From contig NC_058383.1 of NCBI RefSeq assembly GCF_018350175.1, forward strand, positions 11,720,001 through 11,784,000: a stretch of 64,000 bases of DNA, in the 5' to 3' direction. This DNA comes from Felis catus (lineage: Eukaryota). This document shows positions 46,675 to 58,298 of this stretch, in pieces. The notes beneath the pieces are model-generated. The model made no database searches, was not told the DNA's origin, and saw only the letters and a program-made list of their open reading frames with translations. Every line of letters begins with the position of its first letter. Within the stretch, counting starts at the first letter, position 1. Both the position numbers and the translations under genes were made by a program.

Positions 46675-46846
46675 TCCTCCATTCTTCCTTTCCTCCCTCC
46701 TTCCTTCCCTCCCTCCCTCCTTTCTTTCTTTTCTTTCTTTCTTTCTTTTTTCCTTCCTTCCTTCCTTCCTTCCTTCCTTCCTTCCTTCCTTCCTTCCTTC
46801 CTCCTTCCTTTCTTCCTTCTTTCCTTCTTTTCTTTCTTCTTTCTTT

Positions 46847-46894
<48 letters not shown>

Positions 46895-46931
46895 TCCTCC
46901 GTTCTTCCTTCCCTCCCTCCTTCCTTCCCTC

Positions 46932-46964
<33 letters not shown>

Positions 46965-47068
46965 TTTTTCCTTCCTTCCTTCCTTCCTCTTTTCTTCCTT
47001 CCTTCTTTTCTTTCTTCTTTCTTTCTTTCTTTCCTCCATTCTTCCTTCCCTCCCTCCTTCCTTTCTTT

Positions 47069-47109
<41 letters not shown>

Positions 47110-47113
47110 TTTC
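46028..47113. repeat. Compound (TTTC)n/(TTCC)n polypyrimidine tract, ~1.09 kb
   Basis: Directly visible; explains all six low-complexity F/L/S/P and K/E/R/G ORFs. Confidence 0.98.
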
Positions 47114-47464
47114 ATCTGGTTTTGAACTTTTTACAAATGGCGTCATATAGCATGTACTACCGTGATTTACTCTTTCTTGTTCCTGGTTATGTTTCTGATA
47201 TTCAGACATGTTGACTGTGTGCAGCTCTGGGTGATCCATTATTCCTGCTCGAAAGTTTTCGTTTGTTTTGTCAGCCTGCGATTTATGGGCCTGCTCCACT
47301 GTTAATGCATATTTCTGTTGTGTGAAGTTTATGTTTTGCTGTTACGATTATTACTGTACGGGACTTCTGGGAAAACCGGGCAGGATTTTCTCTGGGGCAA
47401 ATGGTTACAAGTGGACACAGCGGGTCTTAGGATGTGCCCACGCTTCTTCTCTTCTGGATTCATT

Positions 47465-47850
47465 AGTTACGTTAGTCTAGGCTAGAGTAACAACTAGAAA
47501 CAAAAGTCCGTCTGTGCTTAAACCCAGATTACTCTACACTCGTATTCCGTCGTGGCCCAAATGCATTCCGGATTAGTGGAAGGTCACCCCCAGAAGGTAA
47601 TTCCGGGACTCGGACCTCTCCCATTTTAGGGCTGCTGTCCCTCTCATCGACCTTGAGCAGTGGGGAGAGGCAGGAAACGTGAAAGAGACTCAGCCACTTT
47701 TTAAATGCCTGCAAATGACCCGACAGCTTCTGTCCATACTCCACGGTTAACTTCCCGGCAGCACCGACCTGCAAAGGGGCAAAGAAACACGCCACCAGGT
47801 TCATCCGGCACGGCTCAGGGGCAATCCAATACTTACGCGAGGGCGAATGA
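47465..47850 (-). mobile_element. Old MLT1 (J/K-like) LTR
   Basis: ctaggctagagtaacaac, gcttctgtccatactcca, cgacctgcaaagggg. Confidence 0.55.
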
Positions 47851-48830
47851 ATTTTGGAGGACATCTGAGGGGGGGGTCTGCCAAATAAGGTCAAGCCAAG
47901 TGTTTTCCAAAGCAACTGTGACCATTTAAATGCTCACAAGTAGCCCTTGGAAATGCTTGACACAGTGCATCCTTGCCAATGGTCGATATCGCTCAACTTC
48001 AAACGTCTTGACCATATGACATCTCTCTGGTTATTATTTAGAATCATTTCATGACATCACAGGCTCTTCATGCTTCTTTTCCTGCGAAATGTCTGTTTCT
48101 ATTTGTTGCCGGTTTTTCCATTGAGTAGGTTTTTTTCCCCTCTTTCGATTTTTCAGAGTTCTGCATTCACACTGAATACTAATTTTTTTTTTTTTCTGGT
48201 TATGTGAGTAGCAGATAACATCTCCTAGTTTGTGTTTTTGCTTTACGTTCTATTTCTCTTGTGTTGGGGTGAAGAACTCAAATGTAAGACTGCCCAGTTT
48301 GGCGACTTTTTTACTTTATCATTTGTGCAGTTGTGTCTTGAAAAATGATTCCCCATTCTGAGATCATCCACACAGTCTCCTATATATTTTCTCCTAAAAG
48401 TTTTAAGGGCTTTCCTTTTTGTGTACAAGTTTTTGATGCATTATCTATCTATTGATCTAGCTACCTATTTGTCTATCATCTATCTTTCTATATTTTTACA
48501 TGGTATGTGCTAGCGATCAAATTCAATTTTTAGTCCAATTGTCTCTGCTTCACTTAATGAACGAACAGTCTACTGTTCTTCAGAAAGCTGTAATTCTAGC
48601 CCTGATATGTAAGTTTTTCCGTACACGTCCGGATCCTTTCCTGGGCTTTCCATTACCTTTTTGAGTCCATATCCTTTCCTCTTCTACTTACATTTTTGGA
48701 ACTGCTTATCAAGTCACAAATATTGGTGTTGCATTAAACATATGGATCCGTTTGGGGGAGAATTAAAATCTTTGCAATATCCAGTCCTCCCCTCCCTGAC
48801 ACGGTGAATGCCTCCATTTACTTGTGTCTC

Positions 48831-49026
48831 TTTAATTTTTTTTATCTTTATTTTTGAGAGAGAGAGAGAGAGAGGGAGGCACAGAATCCAAAGCAGGCTC
48901 CAGGCTCCGGGCTCCAGGATCTGAGCTGTCAGCACAGAGCGGGAGGCAGGGCTCAAACCCGGGAACAGTGAGACTCTGACCTGAGCTGAAGTCGAATGCT
49001 TAACTGACTGAGCCACCCAGCAGCCC
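48831..49026 (-). mobile_element. SINEC
   Basis: Flanks tacttgtgtctc / tacttgtgcctc. Confidence 0.93.
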
Positions 49027-49409
49027 TACTTGTGCCTCCTTCAAAGCTTTTAAGTCTTGCTAGTTAGTTTTATTCTTAGTGCATAATCTGTGTCACTATT
49101 GTAAATGGTATCTTCTGTTCAACTTCATTCTCTAATTGTTTCTCGCTAGTATTTAGGAATTCAGGGGACCTCTGTAATGTTTACATATGCAAACAGTGCT
49201 CAATTACCTACTTGAAACTAATAATTTGTTTGTGAATTCTTTAGCGTTTTCCATGTGGATAATTTTATACATTGTGACCACTGAGTATTGTGTATCTTTT
49301 TGAATGTTTATGTATTTTTCTTGCATCTAAATGCATTGCCTTGGATGCTTAATTTGAAGTTGACTAAATTAGTGCTAGCAGGCATCCTTGTTTTGTTCCT
49401 GATTTTAAA

Positions 49410-49622
49410 TTTTTTTTTTCAACGTTTATTTATTTTTGGGACAGAGAGAGACAGAGCATGAACGGGGGAGGGGCAGAGAGAGAGGGAGACACAGAATCGG
49501 AAACAGGCTCCAGGCTCTGAGCCATCAGCCCAGAGCCTGACGCGGGGCTCGAACTCACGGACCGCGAGATCGTGACCTGGCTGAAGTCGGACGCTTAACC
49601 GACTGCGCCACCCAGGCGCCCC
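49410..49622 (-). mobile_element. Very young SINEC_Fc-type with perfect 16-bp TSD
   Basis: TSD TGTTCCTGATTTTAAA at 49394-49409 and 49623-49638; CpG-intact. Confidence 0.98.
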
Positions 49623-50559
49623 TGTTCCTGATTTTAAAGAGAATACTTCGCATGGGATCCGTTTTGCTGTGTATGTATGTGTGCACTTTCCAGTTAAAGA
49701 GGTGCTCTCTTCTTCCTAATCTGCTAAAAGATTCAGTTACATTTTAATAATTTTAATTTTAATGCACTTTTTGCTTCTCTTTTTCTCCTTCTATCTGTTA
49801 TTATGATTATTATAAATTTCGCTAATAAGATTTTTATTATTAACTGGGTTTATGAAATAAACCTGACTTGATCATGACGTACAGTCTCTTAAAGGCGTCG
49901 TTGGTATCGCTTTCCTAACATTCTGATTGAAATTTTTGCATTTATGTTAATAAATTCTTTTCTTATTTAATTATTGCATTGTTAAGGCTATGTTAGCTTC
50001 ACAAATGAATTGTAGCATGCTTATTTTTTTCTTATTCTCCAAGCTAATTTGCATAAGATGAGAATTCTTTCTTCCCTGAATATTTTGTAAAGCTCATGAA
50101 TACAACTTTCTGAGTCTGGTGCTACCTTTGTGAAAGACTTTAAACTGTAATTTCGGTTTATTTGAATTGTTACAGGATCGCTTTGGTTTTATATTTCTTG
50201 TTGCGAAAGATTTTCCAAGACTTCGTTCCAGGTATTTGCTCTTTTTACTTACATCATCCGTTATTTTTTTCAAAAAATTTTCTATGACGCTTTGTCTTCC
50301 TCTGGGACTCTGTGGACACAAACGTTAGATCTTTTGGTATTGTTCCATGGGTTCTTGAGGCTCTGTTACTTTTTTTCCCCCAATTACCTTTATTTTCTCC
50401 GTTGTTGAGATCGGATAATCTCATGGTCTTTCTCCACGTTCATTGTTTTTTTTTTCTTCTCTGTTTGCTCCATTATGCTTCTGAGTTTATCCAATGATTT
50501 TTTTAAATTGTGGTTATTATATACAATTTCCATACGGTTCTTTTTGAATAAGTTAAACA

Positions 50560-50674
50560 AATTTTGTTAATGTTTATTTTTGAGAGGGGGAAGAGGGGCA
50601 GAGAGAGAGGGAGACACAGAATCTGAAGCAGGCTCCAGGCTCCGTGCCGTCAGGCACAGAGCCTGAGGCAGGGT
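50560..50674 (-). mobile_element. SINEC 3' half (5'-truncated)
   Basis: Tail, (GA)n and caggctccaggctcc present; head absent. Confidence 0.88.
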
Positions 50675-50991
50675 CTTTGTCCGATAATCTCAACATCCAC
50701 GTAACTTCATTGTTGGTGTCTTCTAACTGTCTTGTTTCCTTGGACTCCCTCCTCTCTATGATCTCCGTTCTGGCCCCCCCAGCGGCTCCCTCTCTGACTC
50801 TCTGGCTAGAACTCTGGAACTTGATTTTCCCCACTGCACCACACACTTGGGTCTGCTTCTGGATCTAAGCTGTAAGAGCATATTCAGAGAGAAAGAACCA
50901 TGGAGACCCCATTCTCCCACCTCACTTTTGGCACAGAAGTTCTGGTCAGAGGGCAAGGTAGCCCTCTTTCAGAGTTTCAGTCTTCCCATGC

Positions 50992-51366
50992 ATTTATTTC
51001 TTTTCTTTTCAATATAATTTATTGTCAGATTGGTTTCCGTACAACACCCAGTGCTCATGCCAACAGGTGCCCTCCTCCGTGCCCATCACCCACCTTTCCC
51101 TCTCCCCCACCCTCCATCCACCCTCAGTTTGTTCTCAGCGTCCACGAGTCTCTTATGGTTCGCCTCCTTCCCTCTCTGTAACTTTTTTTTTTCCACCCTT
51201 CCCCTCGCCCCTGGTCTTCTGTTAAGTTTCTCAAGACCCACCGATGGGTCGAAACAGGTGGTATCGGTCTTTCTCTGCCTGACTTATTTCACTTAGCAGA
51301 ACACCTTCCAGTTCCATCCACCTTGCTGCAAATGGCCAGATTTCACTCTTTCTCGTTGCCAAGTAG
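50992..51366 (-). mobile_element. Feline/carnivore L1 3' end
   Basis: caacacccagtgctcat, ccctcagtttgttctc, gagtctcttatgg, gacttatttcacttagc. Confidence 0.92.
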
Positions 51367-51435
51367 CAGTTATCGCAATGCTGCCAGTGACATTGTAGGA
51401 CTGCCTGGGGACAGTCGTCAAAAAGCGCAAAAACA

Positions 51436-51654
51436 GGGGCGCCTGGGTGGCGCAGTCGGTGAAGCGTCCGACTTCAGCCAGGTCAGGATCTCGCGGTCCA
51501 TGAGTTCGAACCCCGCGTCGGGCTCTGGGCTGATGGCTCGGAGCCTGGAGCCTGTTTCCGATTCTGTGTCTCCCTCTCTTTCTGACCCTCCCCCATTCAT
51601 GCTCTGTCTCTCTCTGTCTCAAAAATAAATAAACGTTTAAAAAAAAAGAAAAGA
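51436..51654 (+). mobile_element. Young SINEC_Fc-type (host)
   Basis: Preceded by AAAGCGCAAAAACA, which recurs at 51881-51894. Confidence 0.97.
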
Positions 51655-51880
51655 GGGGCGCCTGGGTGGCGCAGTCGGTTAAGCGTCCGACTTCAGCCAG
51701 GTCACGATCTCACGGTCCGTGAGTTCGAGCCCCGCGTCGGGCTCTGGGCTGATGGCTCGGAGCCTGGAGCCTGTTTCCGATTCTGTGTCTCCCTCTCTCT
51801 CTGCCCCTCCCCCGTTCATGCTCTGTCTCTCTCTGTCCCAAAAATAAATAAAAAACGTTGAAAAAAAAATTAAAAAAAAG
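51655..51880 (+). mobile_element. Very young SINEC_Fc-type inserted in the tail of the previous SINE
   Basis: Near consensus; flanked by AAAAAAAAGAAA on both sides. Confidence 0.97.
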
Positions 51881-51904
51881 AAAGCGCAAAAACAAACAAA
51901 ACAA

Positions 51905-52185
51905 AAGGGATCGGGGCTTCTCGGAGAAATGGTTGGCTCCGGTCTGGGAGCCAGGGAATATACCAGATAAGTCTAGAGCACCGTGTGGTACCCGAAATTA
52001 AGGAAGGTCTGAAAAAACAAAGGAGGGGTGCATATGTCAAAAGGGTACAGAGATGACTGAAATATGGGGCCATTTGAGAACTATAGTAATAAATGACATG
52101 TATTGGATTATAATCCAAATGATAAAATAAATATCCACAAGTCCATTCTAGTATAAATGATTCAATACATAAATAAATTTATCAG
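51905..52185 (+). mobile_element. L1MC3/4-like 3' UTR fragment
   Basis: agaaatggttggctcc...ataagtctagagcacc...ttggattataatcca...aataaatatccac. Confidence 0.65.
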
Positions 52186-52589
52186 AAATAAAGGCCACTG
52201 TCTTGAAACTTTTCCTCTCTGTATCTTGAGTGCAGTCCTGAATTTAGAACTACCTTTGGGTCCAGGCGAGAAGACGAGGAGGGGAAAAAAAAATAGAAAA
52301 CCCACAGCTAAGTTGGTGGGATTTCACATTTCAGTGCCATTCCATAATGTCATTATTCACTACAATATTTATTTCATAACCTTTTTTGTCCTAATCACAA
52401 AAATAAGAAATGCCCCTCGTTTCACATTCTTAAAATAGAAGTGAGCATTAAGGAAAAATAATAATAACACCAGAAAGCACCAAAAAAATCAAATTGTTAC
52501 TAATATTTGGTGTGTGTATTAGGATCATTTTAGTGATTTTGAGGAAAATTAAGATTCATGAGATGACTTTAACATAAAGCCACTCAGGA

Positions 52590-52591
<2 letters not shown>

Positions 52592-52642
<51 letters not shown>

Positions 52643-52810
52643 TATACATATATATGTATATATTTATATTGTATATATATAGTGTATATATATGTATATA
52701 CATAGTGTATATATGTAGTGTATATATGTATATATATATAGTATATATATATAGTGTATATATATAGTGTATATATATATAGTATATATATATGGTGTAT
52801 ATATATATAC
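52592..52810. repeat. (TA)n plus degenerate TATATG/TAGTG microsatellite
   Basis: Directly visible. Confidence 0.95.
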
Positions 52811-53247
52811 AATCAAGCAACCTAAACATGCTGAAGAACATATTTTAAATATTTCAAGTCTGCAGAGCTCAAAAGCAAGTTGGAGGTGAGAAACAGAAAT
52901 GAAGCACGATTTAAGAAAGGTAATTCATTTTTGAAGCTGGCTTTTTGCCTGAGGGCAAATATTCGTCTGTGAAGGGTTCTAGCGAGACATCAAAATCGAG
53001 AGTCCCCGTGGTGTATGGATGGGTCGCAAACCCTGTGGGGGAGTCAGGGCCCTAGATACATGATGCCCTCAGGAGATACAGTCAATAAGATTCCTCTTCT
53101 GGAGAAGAAAGATCTTGACAAAATTGCTAGCATCATTCTTAGCATAGGAGCTGACAGAAACAACAAACTGTAGGATCAGACCCTCAAAAGCTACACAGAG
53201 CAGAGTCACTGACAACCCTATGGAAACAGAGTATGTTTCATACATTT

Positions 53248-53454
53248 CTTATTTTTTTATGTTTATTTAGTTTCTGAGAAAGACAGAGCACGAGTGGCAG
53301 AGGGGCGGAGAGAGAGGGAGACACAGAATCCGAAGCAGGGTCCAGGCTCCGAGCGGTCAGCACAGAGCCCGACGCGGGGCTCGAACCCGAGAACCGGGAG
53401 ATCATGACCTGAGCCGAAGTCGGACGCTCAACCGACTGAGCCACCCAGGCGCCC
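53248..53454 (-). mobile_element. SINEC with 14-bp TSD
   Basis: TSD TGTTTCATACATTT at 53234-53247 and 53456-53469. Confidence 0.96.
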
Positions 53455-53469
53455 GTGTTTCATACATTT

Positions 53470-53860
53470 AAATGGATAAAATGGATCAAAAATGATGAAG
53501 GAACAAGGGAGTATGTACGAATATTCAGGAAGATTTCCTAAAGATCTCAAAAAACCAAAAAATTTGAGGACATTAACATTGAAAAAACGTGGGCAAGTTG
53601 GAGAGCAGCTTGATGCAGCTAATGACAGAATTATCTTGAAGGTAGATCTGAAATGCTACCATGAAATCAGCACAGAGAAAAGAGGAGGAAACTATGAGAA
53701 GGAGGAAAGAAAGAAGAGAAGAAAATGACCCGTCTGTGTAGCTGGTGTTACGGGAAAAGGGAACAGAATGAGTTGGTGAGTTTCAGTGTCCAGAGAGGTA
53801 ATAGACGAGAATATTATGGACTGGTGAAAGACTTGAATATTTAACCTCAGGACACGTGAT
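53470..53860 (+). mobile_element. Decayed L1M ORF1-region fragment
   Basis: A/G-rich coiled-coil-like coding (LDAANDRI) typical of L1 ORF1. Confidence 0.45.
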
Positions 53861-54499
53861 GAAGGCCAGGAGCCGTAAGGTGTCTAGAGATCATAGAGCC
53901 CACCTTGGTTCTTTACTTATTTTCATATTCCCCCAAACAATTATTTGAAGCTCCAGAAGAAATACATATATGATCTTTGCCCATCTTAGCGCAATGCCCT
54001 GCACCTACCAAGTGCTTGACAAATGTTTGTGGACAGTGGGGATGGGTGTGTCCAGTTTGTTTGTCTCTCATCTATTGAACATTGGATGCGGAATTTAACG
54101 TACGATGAATGCGTGATAATGTTGCCTATCAGAAGATGATTTAGGTATTGAACAGAGTTCACGCAACGATTTTCACAATAACTTCAAGAATCCCTTTCTT
54201 TTTAAAGAGTTCTCGCGTCCCCTCCCTTCACTACATAAAATTGGCCCCAAACATGCGCAGTCTACCTTAGGACGCTTATTATCTGATCCAAATTGCGGAA
54301 ATAGAGCTAAATCCCAAGTCGCAAATGGTACTTAAGAGATCTAAACACCAAAGGAACGTGTCTCTTCTTCAAAACACCGAAGGAACCCGTCTCTTCTTAA
54401 ATTTCTTATTTTTTGTTTTTTTTTTTTTTTTGAAAGCAAGATATACTACTGTGCGGTGGGCAAAAAAACATTAGAAACAATAAAAGTATTTATGATAAT

Positions 54500-54860
54500 G
54501 GGTGAGAAAGCCATTAAGAATTTTATTAGGTAAGGATGACAAAATTAACTTTCCCTGTTTTCATTTTGGAATCACTGAACATTTGTGTTTCCATAATAAA
54601 AATAGCAATGAAAAGAAAATTGGACACAGAGCATTACCCTTTTCCCTCTGCAGGGTGGAGGCGGATGATTTCTTCTCCCTTGAAAGAAGGAGACCTACCA
54701 TGGGTTTAATTAAAGAGGGCATTGCACGGAATAAAAGAGCGAGGCTGAAAGTAACCACCTGCCACTTAATTCCCCGTGTTGCCCAGGCGGTACTCGCTCG
54801 GCTCGGGCTCACAGCGCCAATGTGATAATGTTCAGTAGTGTCCCTGCCACCGGCTTATGG
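54500..54860. promoter_or_regulatory. Candidate enhancer / conserved non-coding element
   Basis: Unique sequence with TTAATTAA, CACTTAATT, CCATAATAAA and TGATAA motifs; conservation not verified. Confidence 0.35.
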
Positions 54861-55370
54861 GACCAGGCAAGGAACTTTGTATCTGCTTCCTTCTCCTTCT
54901 CCCTTCAGTGAACTGGTTGTTCTAAGAGTCTCTCGTCATCTAGGAGTATAAAATGAGCTGATTTATTCCTTAGGACAGTGTTTGGTACACGGTCGGGGCG
55001 GGGTGGGGGGGCGAGTGGTCCTTGAATGTCAGCCGATACCGCCTGCCCTTGGCACAGAATGGCACGCATCCAACCGCGAGGTGGGGAAGTGACCCGCGCG
55101 TTTGGAAGGATTCTGTTAGTGCATTGATTTCTCCTTTCAGTCCCTCACCCCAGACCCTGTGCCGAGCAGTCTGCATTTGCCTCGTCATGACGTAGACGCT
55201 GGCCACGGCCCCTGTGGTTGCTGACCGGGCAGAAACGGTACCTCTGGAAGGTCGTGGGAAACGATGGGTTTGATGGCAAAGCAAACAAAATGATAAAGAG
55301 TAAGTTTGGAGAGAAATTGACCCCTGAAAATGACCACTGACAGAGAAGAAGATAAAATATGGTTTTCTGG

Positions 55371-55581
55371 GGGGCGCCTGGGTGGCTCAGTGGGTTAAGC
55401 GTCCGACCTCGGCTCAGGTCATGATCTCACAGTTCCTGGGTTCGAGCCCCGTGTCGGGCTCTGTGCTGACAGCTGGGAGCCTGGACCCTGCTTCGGATTC
55501 TGTGTCTCTTTCTCTCTCTCTGCCCCTCCCCTCCCCTGCTCGCATTCTTTCTGTCTCTCTCAAAAATAAATAAACATTAAA
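55371..55581 (+). mobile_element. SINEC
   Basis: Full-length structure. Confidence 0.95.
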
Positions 55582-55739
55582 CACTATATATATATATGTA
55601 TGTTGTGTGTGTGTGTATATAAATAAACATTAAACACTATATATATATGTATGTTATGTGTGTGTGTATATATATATACAGTGTTTATATGTTTATATAG
55701 ATGTTATGTGTGTATATATATAAATATATATAAACACTG

Positions 55740-55793
<54 letters not shown>

Positions 55794-55803
55794 TAACATA
55801 CAT
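55568..55803. repeat. AT-rich duplicated and palindromic (TA/TG/CA) tract at a SINE tail
   Basis: ~53-bp tandem duplication plus inverted arms 55647-55690 / 55728-55803. Confidence 0.9.
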
Positions 55804-56585
55804 GGTAATGTTGCCTTTTAGTCTACTTCTAGAATATTATTTTGCAGTTGTTCCCAGAAAGGAGCAAAGAAATGTTTCTCTCTGAAACTAAAAAATATTG
55901 CCATTGTACATTTTCGGCATCAACAAATCAAGAATGTGCACTAAGCCACTATCGAACTCCGGCAACCTTATGGGGAAATGAGAGAGAAAAGAAAAGAGGG
56001 AAAAATAGAACTACGGTCAGTGACAGGTTCTTGGCTTCCGGTACCTTTGGAATGGTCTTCCAGCTTCTAGATAACACTTCTCTCTGATTACGACCGCTTT
56101 CTTAAGGTTATTTTTAAAGAAAACCCCAGTTGGGCTCTGATAAGAACTCAAGTCTTGGAGCACTTACCATGAGGTGGGTGCTATTCTGATGGCTTTGTCC
56201 TATTTAGACCTGTCGGTGGGGTATAGTTAGTGAACATCAAGAATTAGAGTGATCAAGTAATTTGCCCTGAATCTCAAGTTACTAAGAAGTGGAACCAGGA
56301 TTTACATTAGGATGTCGAGTGTGGTGTCTTGTTTTGAACCACCCAAGAATTCGGACCAATGGATGGTATAACGTGTGTGAATCGTGGCTCTCCCCTGCTC
56401 AAACACATTCACTTCCTCCTCATTGCTCATGATTTATCCTTTCCAAAATCCTCAATTATTTACATCAGAGTTGGAAAGTGGTCTCCTGGCCAAATCAGCC
56501 TGGTTCCCTCTGCCCAAAATGACTTAGTGGCTCCACGAGAGGAAACTATTAAGATGGGAGAAAACCATCTATTAGAAACCTCCCG

Positions 56586-56803
56586 GGGGCGCCTGGGTGG
56601 CTCAGCCAGTTAAGCATTCGACTTTGGCTCAGGTCGTGATCTCACGATTCGAGGGTTTGAGCCCGCATCAGGCTCTGTGCTGACAGCTCAGAGCCTGGAG
56701 CCTGCTTTGGATTCTGTATCTCCCTCTCTCTCTCTCTCTGCCCCTCCCCCACTCGCATTCTGTCTAAAAAATAAAAGAAAATAAAAAATAAGAATAAAAT
56801 TTG
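56586..56803 (+). mobile_element. SINEC
   Basis: Flanked by agaaacctccc on both sides. Confidence 0.95.
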
Positions 56804-57124
56804 AGAAACCTCCCAGAAAGCAAAGGGCTAGTTGCAGCTGAGATTGTCTGTGGGCAGACAATCCTTTGGAATCAAGTAAATGTCCATGAATCCACATGGA
56901 TGAATGAATGAATGAATCCAATCAAATAAACAGAATAATGGAGATACATTCTTATAGCAAAATTCTAATCAATAAATAACTGAAGTAGAGCTAAGCTCTT
57001 CTGGGCTCATGGCAGGTGTGTTAGGAGATGGGGTGCCCCCTCTACGGACAAAGCTTGCTCTGGGGCTCCCCTTTGGGTTTGCCAAGACTTTGTCAAGACA
57101 AAGCATTATTCCGATGGTTAGAAT

Positions 57125-57380
57125 CGATTATTATTAATTATCTTGTTGCTTAAATTTTCCTAGATTTGGTCATTAAGGGCTTCTTCAGGCTATGTCCTGT
57201 TCTCCTCTGAGATGTTCCTGTAATATGTCCGCTTTCGTACCTCCTGGAATCACAAATTATTTTGGGCTCATCTTATTTTCCCTCCCCCAGTCCTGAAATG
57301 AACCATTTCTTCAAAGATCTCTGGTTCTTTATCTTGGACAACGCTATATGGATAACAGATCTGAGTACCGGGTATGGAAT
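57125..57380 (-). mobile_element. L1MC-type 3' UTR fragment
   Basis: ggctcatcttattttccctccccagtcctgaaatgaaccatttcttcaaagatctctggttc. Confidence 0.6.
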
Positions 57381-57417
57381 GAGCACTTTGTAAAGTGTTG
57401 TGGAAAAATAAAGAGGC

Positions 57418-57420
<3 letters not shown>

Positions 57421-57448
<28 letters not shown>
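57421..57448. repeat. (AC)n microsatellite
   Basis: Directly visible. Confidence 0.95.
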
Positions 57449-57714
57449 GAACCAGATTAGAACAGTCTGACCTCAAAGATTAGCACAGTGCACTCAATAG
57501 ACACCTGATAAGTGTTGCTAATGTGACCAAATTCTTAAACCAAACATAATCAAGTGACAGATGCTTAATTAGATAGTACAGGGAGAGTGACAACTGTCTT
57601 GCTTTGCCAGATATTGGAGTGGTTTCCGAGGACACTGGACTTTCAGTTAGAAAACTGGGATAAGCCCCAGGAAAAGGGGGAGGAGTTGGTCACTCTAGTG
57701 TGGAATAGGGTTAG

Positions 57715-58200
57715 TGTGATGGTTCCTTCCTTGTATCAGCTTGGCTGGCCAAGGGGTGCCAAGGTTATTAACCATTATGAAGGGGGGCGGTGTCTGTGAG
57801 GGTGTTTCCGGGGACCATTAGCATGAGAATCGGTGACCTCAGCAAAGCAGATGGCCATCCCCAGTGAGTGGCCCTCATCCACCCCGCTGAGGGCCTGAAT
57901 AGAACAAAAGGCAGAGGAAGGGAGGAATTCAACCACCTTTTATTCTGCCTCACTGTTGATCTGGAACATTCCATGCCATCCTTTGCCCTTGGACTGGGAT
58001 TTGTACCATTGGCTCCCCTGGTTCTCAGGCTTTTGGACTTGGGTTGCACTACACCATGGGTTTCCCTGGGTGTCTATCTTGCAGATGGCAGATGGTGGGA
58101 CTTCACAGCCACTATAATCATGTGAGCAAATTCCTCACAATCAATCAATCAATCAATCAATCAATGCTTGGGTCAGGGTTCTAATAGACAACGGATGGAT

Positions 58201-58233
<33 letters not shown>

Positions 58234-58298
58234 GTCAGAATTCATAGATCTCCTGGTTCTGTTTTTCTGGAGGTTCTCCAGTGACCCCGACTAATGCA
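57715..58298 (+). mobile_element. ERVL solo LTR, MLT2-type
   Basis: TGTGATGGTT start, gtgtctgtgagggtgtttcc, gagggcctgaatagaacaaaaggcagaggaaggg, ends gactaatgCA; internal (TCAA)n and (GA)n. Confidence 0.92.

Larger units (their letters stand above)
47115..50550 (-). mobile_element. Ancient fragmented L1M (3' UTR, ORF2, towards ORF1)
   Basis: T-rich reverse L1 motifs (ttttgaactttttacaaatgg, gcatccttgccaa, ggcatccttgttttgttcctgatttta, aacctgacttgatcatg); interrupted by an MLT1 and SINEs. Confidence 0.7.

Noticed and set aside
46003..47299. Six ORFs of 209-381 aa, on both strands
   Set aside because: Stop-free only because the TTTC/TTCC tract cannot encode stops; the translations are pure low complexity.
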